From: Camelus ferus
Taxonomy: Eukaryota
Length of the DNA stretch: 64,000 bases
Direction: 5' to 3'
Assembly: GCF_009834535.1 (NCBI RefSeq)
Contig: NC_045696.1
Coordinates: 110,920,001-110,984,000 of the forward strand
Below are positions 51,120-64,000 of this stretch, piece by piece. The notes under the pieces were generated by a model. That model searched no databases. It had not been told where the DNA came from and was given only the letters and a program-made list of their open reading frames with translations. A program made the position numbers and the translations under genes. Each line of letters starts with the position of its first letter. The stretch's first letter is position 1.

Positions 51120-51775
51120 CTTCCGTCTGATTTGGTTACAAATCAGAGGTTCCCATGACCCCTCCTCAGGTTCAATTAATTGGCTAGAGGGCTCACAGAA
51201 CTCAGGGAAACACTTACTTTTCTTTACTGGTTTGTTAAAGGTAAGGATAAAGGATACAGATGAGCAGCCAGATGAAGAGATACATAGGGTGAGGTCTGGA
51301 ATGGTCTCGGGTGCGGAAGCTTCTCTCCCCATGGAGTTGGGTTGCTTTACCCTCCTCATGTGGATGTGTTCACCAGCCTCGATGCTCTGCAAACACTCAT
51401 CCCACTGTTGGGATTTTACGGCAATTTCCTCACATAAGCATGATCAATTATAAACTCCATTTCCAACCTCTCTCCTTTCTGGAGGACTGGGGAGTGGGCT
51501 GAAAATTCCAAGCTTCTAATCATGGCTTGGTCTTTCTGGCGACCAGCCCCCATCCAGGAACCATCCAGGAGCCCACTAAGAACAAAAGATGTTGCTAGTG
51601 TTCACTGAAGAAGTTACAAGGGATTTTGGAGCCCATTGTCAAGGATGGATCCAAGAACAAATATTAGGACAAGAGATCCTCCTAGTGTTCTCGTCACTTA
51701 GGAAATTACAAGGGTTTTGGAAGCTCTGTGCCAGGAGCAAGGGGCAGAGACCAATATATTTCTTATTATTTCACA
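51120..51775 (-). mobile_element. MER21-family LTR
   Basis: 'gttcccatgacccctcctcaggttcaattaattggctagagggctcacagaactcaggg', ends 'ggcagagaccaatatatttcttattatttcaca'. Confidence 0.85.
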
Positions 51776-52120
51776 TAGCTCAACTGTAATAGAAATTTAT
51801 TTGTCATGCATGCCACAATTTAAGATAGGTGTTCCTCATCAGCGGGTAGCTTGCCTCCATGTGGTGATTCAGGGACCCAGGCCCCTTCTATACCCAGAGA
51901 CCTTTGATCTTCATACAACCGGAGGAAGGGAACAAAGCAAGGAGGCTGTGGATCACAGGGGAATGTTTGATCACTTTTCATTGGCCAGAACTTATCACCT
52001 GATCATACCCAGGTACAAGGGGATCTACAAAATCAATTTCCCCTGGATGTCTGCCTGCAAGCTAAAACTCTATGCTAATGAAGACAAGCATATTCTGGTG
52101 ATCAGTTAGTCCCCCTTTCA
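51776..52120 (-). mobile_element. MLT1-family LTR fragment
   Basis: 'gtggtgattcagggacccaggc', 'cattggccagaacttatcacctg'. Confidence 0.65.
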
Positions 52121-52558
52121 CATCATGTAGCCTTTACTACTAAGGCACTTAGATGAATAATAGATGGTGCAGAGCCACCAAGAATTCAAAGCAGCAGAAT
52201 GATCTGATGATATTTACGTTTTAAAAATCATGAGGACACCAGCATGTCAATGGATTAAAGGTGGTCATGCAAATGGATGCCAGGGAGCGAGTATTGAGGC
52301 TTTTGCAGTAATTTAGGGAACAGATAAGGATACTTTAGATAAATGAGAATTAGGAGAAGTGGACAAGTTTTAGAGGGATTTTGGTAGCTGGCCTTGGAAA
52401 GTGGCTGAAGAGAGTGGACTAGGATGGCTAGCTGACATTCTGGCCTGGGATAAGTGGATGAATGTTGTGTTACCAACCAAGTTTGAGGAAAAAGAAGTAG
52501 TCTCTCATTCAATCATTGTAATACTTCTCAAGCTTTTCTTTCAAGACTCCTTTAACAG

Positions 52559-54850
52559 AGGGAATACTCCCAAACTCATTCTATGAAGCCACCATTACCA
52601 TGATACCGAAACCAGGCAAAGACACCACCAAAAAAGAGAAGTGTAGGCCAATATCACTGATGAACATAGATGCAAAGATCCTCACCAAAATATTAGCAAA
52701 CAGAATCCAACAACACATAAAAAAGATTATACGTCATGACCAAGTGGGGTTCATCCCAGGGGCACAAGGGTGGTTCAACATATGCAAATCAATCAGTGTA
52801 ATACATCACATCAATAAGAAAAGGGACAAAAACCACATGATCATCTCAATAGATGCAAAAAAAAGAATTTGATAAAATTCAACATCGATTTATGATAATA
52901 ACTCACCAAAGTGGGTATAGAGGGAACATATCTCAATATCATAAAAGCTATATATGACAAACCTACAGCCAGCATAGTACTCAATGGTGAAAAACTCAAA
53001 AGCTTCCCACTAAAATCTGGGACAAGACAAGGCTGCCCACTATCACCACTCCTATTCAACAGTCTTGGAAGTCCTAGCCACAGTAATCAGGCAAGAGAGA
53101 GAAATAAAAGGGATCCAAATTGGAAAAGAAGAGGTAAAAGTGTCACTATATCCCGATGACATGATACTATATATAGAAAACCCTAGAAGGTCCACACAAA
53201 AACTACTAGAGCTGATCGAAGAATTCAGCAAGGTAGTAGCTTACAAGATTAACATTCAAAAATCAGTTGCATTTCTTTACAATAACGATGAATCAACAGA
53301 AAAAGAAATTAAAGAAACAATCCCCTTTAAAATAGCACCCAAAGTAATAAAATACCTAGGAATAAATCTAACCAAGGAGGTGAAAGAATTATACACAGAA
53401 AACTATAAACCATTGATGAAGGAAATTAAAGAAGACTTTAAAAATGGAAAGATATCCCATGCTCCTGGATTGGAAGAATCAATACTGTTAAAATGGTCAC
53501 ACTGCCCAAGGCAATCTACAGATTTAATGCAATCCCTATCAAATTACCCAGGACATATTTCACAGAACTAGAATAAGTCATAATAACATTTATATGGAAC
53601 CATCAAAGACCTAGAATTGCCAAAGCATTACTGAAGAAAAAGAAAGAGGCTGGAGGAATAACTCTCCCAGACTTCAGACAATACTACAGAGCTACAGTCA
53701 TCAAGACAGCATGGTACTGGTACAAAAACAGACATATGGACCAATGGAACAGAATAGAGAACCCAGAAATGAACTTACAAACTTTTGTTCAACTAATCTT
53801 TGACAAAGGAGGGAAGAATATACAATGGAATAAAGACAGTCTCTTCAGCAAATGGATGTTGGGAAAACTGGACAGCAGCATGTAAATCAGTGAAGCTAGA
53901 ACACTTCCCTTACACCATACACATACATCGACTCAAAATGGATCAAAGACTTAAACATAAGGCAAGATACAATAAACCTCCTAGAAGAAAATATAGGCAA
54001 AACATTATCTGATATATATCCAAAAATGTTCTCCTAGGGCAGTCTACCCAAGCAATAGAAATAAAAACAAGAATAAACAAATGGGACCTAATGAAACTTA
54101 CAAGCTTCTGCACAGCAAAGGAAACCATAAGTAAAACAAAACGACAACCTACAGGATGGAAGAAAATTTTTGCAAATGAAACCGACAAAGGCTTGATCTC
54201 CAGAATATATAAGCAGCTCATACGACTTAATAAGAAAAAAACAAACAACCCAATCCAAAAATGGGCAGAAGACCTAAACAAGCAATTCTCCAAGGAAAGC
54301 ATACAAATGATCAATAGGCACATGAAAAAATGCTCAGTATCACTAATGATCAGAGAAATGCAAATCAAAGCTACAATGAGATATCACCTCACAGCAGTCA
54401 GAATGGCCATCATTCAAAAGTCCACAAATGGCAAATGCTGGAGAGGCTGTGGAGAAAAGGGAACCCTCCTACACTGCTGGTGGGAATGCAGTTTGGTGCA
54501 GCCACTGTGGAAAACAGTATGGAGATTCCTCAAAAAACTAGGAATAGACTTACCTTATGACCCAGGAATCCCACTCCTGGGCATATATCCAGAATGAACC
54601 CTACTTCAAAATGACACCTGCATCCCAATGTTCATAGCAGTACTATTTATAATAGCCAAGACATGGAAACAGCCTAAATGTCCATCAACAGATGAATGAA
54701 TAAAGAAGTAGTGGTATGTTTATACAATGGAATACTGTTCAGCCATAAAAACTGACAACATAACACCATTTGCAGCAACATGGATGTTCCTGGAGAATGT
54801 CGTTCAAAGTGAAGTAATCCAGAAAGAGAAAGAAAAATACCATATGTGAT
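52559..54850 (+). pseudogene. Disrupted L1 ORF2p (reverse transcriptase and CCHC C-terminal domain; no endonuclease domain)
   Basis: Homology is split across ORFs 52600-52872, 52911-53159, 53065-53571, 53800-54012 and 54091-54597, implying several frameshifts and stops. Confidence 0.95.
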
Positions 54851-55151
54851 CGCTTATATGTGGAATCTTAAAAAAAAAATAAATACAAAACAGAAACAGA
54901 CTCACAAACATAGAATACAAACTTGTAGGATGCCAAGGGGGTGGGAAGGGACAGACTGGGATTTCAAAATGTAGAATAGATAAACAAGATTATACTGTGT
55001 AGCACAGGGAAATATACACAAGATCTTGTGGTAACTCACAGAGAAAAAAATGTGACAATGAATATATGTATGTTCATGTATAACTGAAAAATTGTGCTCT
55101 ACACTGGAATTTGACACAACATTGTAAAATGACTATAACTCAATAAAAAAA
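52559..55151 (+). mobile_element. 5'-truncated LINE-1 (~2.6 kb): ORF2 RT to C-terminus, 3'UTR, poly(A), 16-bp TSD
   Basis: TSD 'aagactcctttaacag' at 52543-52558 and 55152-55167; ORF2 peptides [60 protein letters not shown]. Confidence 0.98.
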
Positions 55152-55834
55152 AAGACTCCTTTAACAGCAAAATAAGGTAAATATGTATATATGGGGAGGC
55201 TCTGATAGATAGTTCACCCTGCCACTGGAAAAGTTCTTCAAGCTATTTTTATTTTAAAAAAATGTATGCAAATTTCATTTTCGATGCCATTTTATACCCA
55301 GTCTTACTGCAAAATAAAATAATGTTTTGAATTACTTTTTAAATAAAAAAGTGAATTAAACAAGTAATTTATAAATCTATTCTCCCATGTTGAAAACTTT
55401 TAGAGCACTGTAAGCTGAAGTCCCTCTTGGCCACCACCAATAATTTCATCTCCTCTCAACTCACCAGAAGTAATCACTACTTATTTGTGGGTTTTCTCTA
55501 CAGATTTGAACTCATTTATATACACTGAGAAAAGATACCATGTTTTTTTTTTAAAATAAATATTATTACATTGTACATAATCTTACAGGTTGCCTTATTC
55601 ACTCAAAAGTGACATTTTTGGCACATTGCTACAGATAGGTGAATTCATTCCTTTAAATTATTTCTTAGGAATCAAACTGATGCTCCAGGAAGATGAACTG
55701 CATTTATCTTGTGGCTTTGAGCGCTCCTAGCATGCTGCTGCACACCCCCAGCATCGCATTAGCTCAATTAGAAACACAAGTATGTGAGATCAGATCTTCT
55801 AACCATGGACTAGCAGGAATCTGCTTGTCAACAG

Positions 55835-56050
55835 TGATGGTAATTATTCAATTTATTGGCGCTATGCACCAGACTCTGTCCTGTACATAGTACGTGTATT
55901 AGCAACAACTGTTTGAGGTGTCTACTGTAACTGCAGATGAGAAAATGAAGCATGCAACGTTTAGGTAAGTGGTCCAGCGTCACTTGGGCTTTGAATGGCA
56001 AAGGCAGGATGCTTGCCTAGGGTCTGATTGCAGAGCCTGGGATTCTTACC
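55835..56050 (-). mobile_element. MIR SINE
   Basis: 'atttattggcgctatgcaccagactctg...gcagatgagaaaatgaagcatg'. Confidence 0.65.
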
Positions 56051-59000
56051 ACTCCCCCAGACCACCTGGGGAAATGCGTGTGATGCATTTGAGAATCTTG
56101 GATTTCTCCCTGTTCTTCAAGGCAATGAGATAGCCAATGAGACAAATGCTTTTAATGCTGACTTTTGGCCAGACAGCTGCAGCCCAATGGTATATCCAAT
56201 CACTCATTTCTGAGATTACAGTTGGCTTATTTACAGATTAGATGCCTATTAATTTATCAGGTGAACTGAAGCAGGGTAGATGGTATTTGTGCCTGCCCAG
56301 TGAATGTGCAGGGTGTGCAAGGAGATTCCAAAATCCTCAGTGAAGCAGCTCAATCTGCATGATTGCTCTGAAGAATTGGGGGGGGGGGCAGTAAGAAGTC
56401 CGTTTTCTCAGAAGAATGATGCTTTCTAAGAAGCCATTCAGTGTCTGCTGCTGCTGTCCCTTCTGGTGGCCCGGAGAGGACAGTGGAGGATGGGTTCTCA
56501 GCTGCTGCTGCTCCAGAAAGAAGGGTGTAATGACACCAATTAAGAGGTGTGAAGGTGTGGGTGCCATTTGTCCTGCCTTTTGCTCCCTCCCCAAAGTGAC
56601 TGTTAGCTTGACACCAATAGGGGAGGTGGTGGGGAGGAAATCTTTTACTTCGGTTTTCCCACTGACTGTACACAAAAGCCTACATTCCAGGAAGTTGAGA
56701 CTAGTGAGTTGTGACTTTGTTTTGCACTCTAAATACAAAGTGACTTCAGATTCTGTTGCTGAACCCTTTTCTTACATTTGGTACTATGTTTCGGTTGTCC
56801 AAACAAATGTAGCAGTGTGAAAAATAGCACTGTTTGAATACGGTGGCAGCAGAGTTTCTCTCAGGGAGAGGGCAGCACCAATTTAGACAAGTGCCTGGAC
56901 AGAACAGTCTGGATGTGGAAGCTGAAACCCAGGGAGGAATGACTAGGAAGGCAATGGTACTACAGAGGAAAAAGCTCTTATGTAAATGTCTGGCATAAGA
57001 AATAAACAAGAATTTGGGAAAGGCAGAAATGAGAGAGAGACGAAACCAGGTAACAGGATGGGAGGGCAAGCTGGGAGGAAGATGGTGGTCAGTGGGGACC
57101 TGAAGGGGGCCTGAGGACTGACAGATCTAATGTCCCATTTTTATTCTCCTTCTTTCTGTGAATGTGAACATTCATCATTGCCCCACAGGATGTGTTCAGC
57201 CTACAAACCATCATATTACAGGTTTGGCGTAAAGTTAAGGAAAGGGCATCTGTCTGGGTAAACTCGGAACAAAAAGAAGTGAGTCAACCAGACACAAGAG
57301 AAAATGAGACCAAGGATAAAGCAGGAACAGGCATTTGTCTCAGAGAAGACTCTTGACTTCTTACGGGACATGTGAAAATTGGTCTTGAGCCAACTGCCTT
57401 TAAATCTTGAAGGACAATCTCAGCAGACACCTGAGGGACATACAGAAAAAGTAGACTCAGCTCACACCTGCAGGGAGTTCTCCCTGATCTATGCAGAAAA
57501 CCCCTGTAACTAAACGGCCTGCTAGGTTGTAAGTCACTGTACACTCCACCGTCTCAGATCCCCTCCTTGTCTTCATGGAAATGCATAATATTTCTTGGGT
57601 GACAGGTATGAGATCCTGCGAAGGACAGGACACAGGCTCCGGATCAGAAGCATATTGATTGGAAGACAACCTTGACTACTTGTGAACATTTTTTGACTTT
57701 CTGTTTATAAACCTGAGAAGAATGGGAACAGGAGTGGTTTCACAGCAAATGTCAACCTTCTTTGCCTCCGGAAGTCATAGGTTTCTTCTTTTCCTGGACT
57801 AGTTAATGCCTATGACCATGCTCTTCTCCATGGCCATGCTCTACAACTTTTGACACTCTATGACGATATGTCCTTGGTTATATGAAGATACTGGATGAAA
57901 AAGAACATAGGAAGTTCAGGATAACTCTGCTGGGGATGCTTAAAAAAGCATCAAGACTCAAAAAGCATCCCATTCTTCAAGTGGGAAAGATCTGTGACAT
58001 CAGCTACAGTGACCAAAATGGCTGGCCTGCACTGCTCTCCATCTCCCAGAGCCAGGAGAAGGGGGCTAGTGTGGCCTCTGCCTCTGCAGGGCTCTTCTCT
58101 GCTTTTTACGATGAGAAGGTAACTGCAGTGAGAAGGTAATATTATTTCATTGGTAATTACTAGAGGAGAAGGCGGTTGCCAAACCCCAAATGGAAAATTA
58201 ATGGCAAAGGATACAAAAAAAGGACTGTGTTTTTCAAAGACCAGGAATGAGGCAACCTGAAGGCGAAGTTAGGGAGAACAGTTTGGGCAATCAGAAAAAG
58301 GGCAGGAAAGGAACAGACATCCCAGATACAAAAGTGGCTCAGAGGAGAAGTCTCTCCCCTGTTGAGCATGGTACCCAGCCTTTTAACTTGAAGAGCAAAA
58401 TGGCCAGCCCTAACTTAAAATTGACAAATGGTAGCTGTCACCTTAGTGGGGTAATTGTTAGACAAAGCTTATTTAACCTGCGGGCAGAGTCTAAGATAAA
58501 AGACCAAGAGACCCAGGAAACAAAAGAGAATTCACCCAGGGTTTCATGTGAGGCAGAGTCAAATGTCTGCAGAGAGTCTGTCCACCAATATGTCCCTTAG
58601 ACTTTGGGGCTTTCTGTCCTGGCCTTTTCTGATGAATTCTACCTGTTGTAACAAGTGTGTGCATATTACTTATATTCAATGAAAGCAGCCCTGAGGCGCA
58701 TGGACCCATACAACTCGGATCCTAGGTTTGGCTGTTTTTTTTTTTTTTTTAACTATATTCTGTGACTCAAGCAAGTCATAAGCTCCTCCCTGAAGCCTTG
58801 TTTTTCATACTTAAAATAAAAGATTGCCAAAGTAACATTCATCACACAGCTCAAGGATCCTTGAGATTTTTATTTCAGCCCCTTCCGGTTATAGAATTCC
58901 ATCCCCTTCTTCTGAGTGCCAGGGTCCTGCTGCCTGGTAGGGAGAATGCACAGAGAGGAATTAGAAGTGGACTGTGGTTCGTGATCAAATCTCACTGCTG

Positions 59001-60149
59001 AGGGCGTGCCTGGGGCGGCAATACGTAAGGACAAAGTTAAGTCCTCACTGGCACCCATGGGGAGGGATCCCAATCTGGGCAACGAAATGTTCATCTCCGT
59101 GTGAGCACTTGGTAGTTGGTGGTGACAGGATCAGCCTCCTAAGTGGCTCCTAAACACTTGACCCATGCAGTGAACTTGGTACGTTTCACTCCCCTGCCTC
59201 TTACTATATGTCTGGCCCTTCCTGCTATGGAAACTTCCATAGGATCTTCCCCCTTTCCTCCAGTAAAGCTTGATAACTTATTTAACTTAGGCCTAGAACC
59301 ATTATAACAGAATGACTTGTTGCTCTGTTCTCAGGGGGTCGAGCAGGCTTCATTTTCAAATCTTCCCTAGAGGTGCGAAGAAAACCAAGCTTTTCATTCT
59401 GCAAAGAAAAGGAAGAATGCAGAACAGTTAAGTTTCCACATTGAAACTATCTGAACTAATGACAAGCTAAACGCTAGATCGGGTGATCTCTGACTTCTCT
59501 TCCAGCTCTAACATACTATGAATTTGAAGCCAAGAGCAACAGAATGTTCCTTTTCCTTCTGGCACCACTATTTATGTGGAGAAAAATCTTAGCTTCTATA
59601 GGATCTGGACCTAATAAAACTTTTAGGCTCCAAGGCACAGAAGGGAATAAATGGTAGCCTGTAACCAGAATCTATATGACCCCATGGCTTAGTGGATGTA
59701 TGATACCAAATTCCTGTTGCGCTATTATTCCAAAAGATGGGTATGAACCTGGAAAGCCAGTCTGTAAATATATTACTTATGATTTTGATGGTTATCTAAA
59801 TTAATTAGCATGCTAATTCCTTACCAGTAGAAGCCCCAGGAATTGTTATGGACAAGTAAGTTCGGGGAAAATTGCAGAGCAACCACAATTAATTGCCTCA
59901 CACTTTGAGAGTCATGAGCAAACATCTAAGACCTTCTTCCTGTGTAGCCTAACATTTTCCTTGGTGGCTCAGGCTGTTTAATCAAGTTTTTTGATGCTGC
60001 TTGGACCATGACCAGTATTGCCGTTTTGAGTTTGTTCAGTCAACTAAAACATTGCAGAATCCATTCCAAGCTGCTATGAGGCTAGAATCTAGGACTGGGT
60101 ATCTGATTCTGTACATTATGCATGACTCGATGAAGAAGAGAGCTTAGCT

Positions 60150-60262
60150 CCTCATTCATTTATTCATATTTCCATCTATTCATCAATCCATCTGCCTATC
60201 CATACATCCATTTTTGAGACATTAATTATGCATCAGGCACCATGATAGGCAACCAAAGATTC
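60150..60262 (-). mobile_element. L2 tail with expanded (TCCA/TTCA)n
   Basis: 'cattcatttattcatatttccatctattcatcaatccatctgcctatccatacatcca...tatgcatcaggcaccatgatagg'. Confidence 0.6.
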
Positions 60263-61069
60263 TTATATACTTTTATTTGGAAATAACAGGAAAGGGACAC
60301 ATTTTTCATTTCAGTGTCACATGGTGCTTAATCACCAAGGATGTATGCATTTGCAGCTGACCATTCTGAGGGGAAGTGGCTGCTGTGAGCTGTAATCTGG
60401 GATTTGGCTGCCCTTCCTGCCATTATGAGACTTGAAAGAGTCTTAATGCTGTTCCTGGGAAGAGAGAGGAACCCCCAGAGAACAAGGAGAACTCCCCACT
60501 TTCTCTTTAAATTCTAGGCTCACAAAAAATAGCATTTAGACTCCACATGGTGCACACATCTCCCCAGGATCCCCTTTGCTCCTATCCTCCCATTGCATGT
60601 TCTTAAGGGAATTAGATGCTACTCGAAGGTAATGTGGAATTGATTAACAAGCTAAGCACACACTCCCTCCAAGGGAGGCACTCAGATGAATCTACCTAAA
60701 TGTGCCTTCCTAAAATCAAAGCAATTAACCTAGAAAGTTGCACACCCAGGACTTCAAACTCTGATCTATTTTCTTCCACAGAAGGGATTGACGAAGTTTA
60801 TATTTTTATCCACGATATTGGTCAATCTTACTTCTCTTCTCCAAAGGTCAGGTAGTCCTTCACTAGCCTAGTGGGAGAGGTCTTGAGAGTTATATTCATG
60901 ACCTTCCTGCTCCAGGACTCTGCTGTACCAGGTTTTCAGGCTTCTGTCTTCTCAACACTGACAGCCCCTGGAGGGCAGCAAGTTCCTCTGGACCAGTGAC
61001 TTGGGAAGAGGACGTGGTTGAAAAGGGAAGTCTAAGCTCATTCCTTCCTACACAGCACAACTTAACACG

Positions 61070-61290
61070 AGGGTTAAGAATGTTTTCTCTGGATTATAGC
61101 TAACTGGATTCAAGTCCCAGGTCTACCATTTAATTAACCTGTTTTAAATTTTAGTTTCCCTGCCTCATCATGGACATAGAAGTGCCTAACTTGTAATGTT
61201 TTAAAGGATAATCATTATTGCACATAAAGCAATTAACCCAGTGCTTAACTCATGGTAAGGACCCAATACATAATGGCTATTATATTGTGG
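61070..61290 (+). mobile_element. MIR SINE
   Basis: 'ctggattcaagtcccaggtctaccatt', 'aaagcaattaacccagtgcttaactcatggtaag'. Confidence 0.7.
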
Positions 61291-61474
61291 TCGGCCTCTT
61301 CTTTTCATCTTTCTCCTGTGCACAAGCCTCGGGAATTAAACAACTCCATGGATGTTGTGAGGATAAATGTGTGCAGAGCCACCTAAAGAGGAGCTCATTA
61401 AAATGGAGTCTATAGTTTCCCTCGACTTAACTGTCCTTTAGCTAGAGATCTCCTTTTCCAGTTCAGATGGGGCT

Positions 61475-61881
61475 CACGAAAGTCTGTAACCACCCAAAGC
61501 CAAGGAATGAGGGATTTACTGTTTTAGGACACGGGGCAGTTGGTGTCTGGGCTCTGCTCATGTCCCTTGGGCTTTTCCACGTCAGTGCTCTGCAGCTGAT
61601 TTCCAGTCCACATCTGCATTTCTTCCCACATGAGCTTTCTCAGGAGCTGGAGAAGATCCCTGTGCAAGGTAAGCTAGGAAGGCATGGAATTAACACCCCC
61701 AGGGAAGCTGGTATATAACAACATCTGGTTCCGTTCCCCCAGGTGGGACAATCTTGAAGTGTGTGTCTTACCATTTCCCCAAGGTTTCGCATAGGATGAA
61801 ACTCTAGTTTATGTGCAGTGGCAGTAGGATCCTTGAATCCTTGCTTCAAGGTATGTTTCTGGGGGAACCCAACCTGAGACA
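61475..61881 (+). mobile_element. LTR16-family ERVL LTR
   Basis: 'ggacaatcttgaagtgtgtgtctt', ends 'gaatccttgcttcaaggtatgtttctgggggaacccaacctgagaca'. Confidence 0.7.
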
Positions 61882-62278
61882 GTAGGATCAAGCTCAGGGA
61901 AGAAAGACCACTAGCATGTGGTGCTTCTTGAGGGCAGGTTATCCTGCATGCGTTCTTGTATCCTAAGCACCTGGGAAAATGGTTGGCTCAGGGCAGTTAC
62001 GCAACACTTCCTTCATTAAGGGAGGGAAAGACAGAGGTAATACTACAGTTCTGGAGGAAGCAAAATAGAAAGTAATTTAAGCACTATTTTAAAAAAATAA
62101 CTAGCATTGATATGTATAGAAATTAACCATTTAGAATTTTGGAAAACACGTTCATATATATCTCTTGCAGATATTAATAATTCCATTTTACAGATGAACA
62201 AACAAAGTCACAGGGCATTTTATTAACTTACCCAAAGTCACACTGTGGGTGGTAGTCTTGGAAATCACACTACAGTCC

Positions 62279-62919
62279 CGTTGCCGGTGACTAGGTTCTT
62301 TTCCCGTCGCAGAAAGAATTCAGAGATGGGAAGCAGAGGTTAAGAAAGTAAAGTGGGGATTTATTAAGGGATGTTTAGTACACTCTCAAGGGGAGAGTGT
62401 GCAGGCTCAGGTGAGCAGCTGCCCTGAGTTTCTTTGGCAAGTTGGTTACATAGAGCGTAAAAATAAATGGGTGGAATATTCATTGGGGAGGGAAGGGTTT
62501 GGGGTTGTATTCCTGATTTTTCATCCCAACTCTACCTTCCCAAAGGGAGGAGGGATTTTTGTCCTTATTTAGTCTGGATCAGAAGTGTGGCATCAGTGCA
62601 TGATGGGCACTTCTAATCTGCAAGGCTAATTTTATTGAAATGAGGGCATAATGAGCAAAAGGTTACATTTAGACACTGGAGATTCCAGCCTTTTCTCATC
62701 TTTCTGTGTTGACCTCCAGGCCACTTGTCACCCCAAAATATGTGACCACTTATCAGCCTAGAAGTTCCTGCTCTTCTTTCTCTGCCCAAGGACCTCTGTT
62801 TCTTACATAATGTAAGGTGTCTTGCATTTGGCCCGTGCCCCTCTTTTCTGCCCAATTCCTGCCATTTGGTCTGTGTCCCCCTTTCTCTGCTTATATCTAG
62901 CTATCTGCCTGCTCTAAGA
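62279..62919 (-). mobile_element. Solo LTR, lineage-specific appearance, adjoining a MIR core (about 62170-62278)
   Basis: 'gttgccggtgactaggttcttttcccgtcgcagaaagaattcagag'; minus-strand AATAAA at 62360-62365 and CCAAT at 62482-62486; other end 'ctatctgcctgctctaaga'. Confidence 0.7.
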
Positions 62920-63719
62920 ATACCACCCTGAGCATGATCCAGGTCACCTCTCTTCTCTTCTCTTGAACTTTACTGACTCAATGTTTTTAACCTGGTGTCA
63001 GTAAAGACTTAGTACTTATGCTTATATGTGCTTTTTTGGAAGGGGATCTTTAGCTTCCCTCATATTCTCAATGAGATCTGTGACTCAAATAAAGAGCTCT
63101 TGTCCAAGCTGCTGCTGCTACTAGTGCCTTACTCTTTAATTACACTTCTGATGACAAGGTGCTTTCACCGTTCCACTCCCTCTACCTTGCAACAGCCTAA
63201 GCTTCCTTAATAAATGCAACGATTATCAGCAGGCTTTCTGTTTTTCTTCAGAATAAAAGAGTTGGGACAAATCCTTTAGTCCTCTTCATATGCATACTGA
63301 ATTCTCTTTTTCCCTATGCTTGAATGTCACTCAAGCCTCAATTTTAATTCAAGACTAATATTGGACAGCAACAAACTTTTCCATTTTATCCTCCATTAAT
63401 TCTCTCCAGCTTCCCATCTGCTCAGTGAAAATGGGAGTAACTAGTCTCATTTACTAAACTTTCCTTCTCTCTCACCTTTCACACATTATAAATCCCATTT
63501 TAAATGCTGTGCCTTAGCTCTTTTGCCAGTTGAAATCCCACCAGTATCCTGAAGCATGACTCAAATGCTCTTTCCTCAGTAAGCCCTTTTGTCCTAATTT
63601 CAAATGGTATTTATAATGATAACTAACATTTATCGAGGGCTTGCTATGTACCAGGTATGATGGAAGTTGTTGGTAAATATTTAAGCCAAAACTTTTCAAG
63701 GTTTAGAAAGGTTAAGTAA

Positions 63720-64000
63720 TGTCAGCTTCTGTAACAAACAACACAAATAAAAAATAATCTCAGTAGCTTAACAGAATTGGAGCTTGTTTCTTATGTGCGT
63801 CAAGTCTGAATAAGTGTTCTCGATAAGCAGGAAGACTGGGGATTTAGGAACTTGGCTTTTTCCACCTGTGGCTTTGCCGTCTTCAGCAAGGAGGTTCCAA
63901 GCTTGCTGGCTTGAAAATAAAGAATAAATGGTAACTGGGAAGCTTGTATGGGCCAGTCCTAGAAAGGAACATATCACTTCCACTCACATCCCATTCTCTA
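63720..64000 (-). mobile_element. MLT1-family LTR, cut by window edge
   Basis: 'ctgtaacaaacaac...aatctcagtagcttaaca', 'atatcacttccactcacatcccatt'. Confidence 0.7.

Noticed and set aside
53943..54368. 141-aa minus ORF
   Set aside because: Antisense frame of L1 ORF2, a common annotation artefact
56337..56820. Cys-rich overlapping ORFs and a G11 run
   Set aside because: The Cys/Gln/Ala runs come from short (CTG)n repeats; no exon or domain evidence
1..64000. CRISPR-like array, operon or novel multi-gene system
   Set aside because: No regularly spaced repeat-spacer structure or clustered intact genes seen; the content is explained by ordinary mammalian repeats and non-coding DNA

Overview
Mammalian intergenic or deep-intronic DNA, most likely camelid given a vic-1-like tRNA-derived SINE at about 22.7 kb. 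I find no host protein-coding gene, RNA gene or CRISPR array that I can support. The only ORFs I recognise as a known protein are frameshifted pieces of LINE-1 ORF2 in a ~2.6 kb 5'-truncated L1 with a perfect 16-bp target-site duplication (TSD) at 52543-55167. The rest is a dense, partly nested patchwork of old eutherian repeats (L2, MIR, L1M, MLT1, LTR16, MER21, MER74, hAT MITEs), two younger-looking solo LTRs, microsatellites and some repeat-poor stretches that could be regulatory. I see no evidence of a new biological system. The best observations concern retrotransposition mechanics (a probable L1 3' transduction, a tiny L1 insertion with a perfect TSD) and LTR-borne regulatory motifs. Repeat names come from recalled consensus sequences rather than a search, and boundaries of old repeats are approximate.
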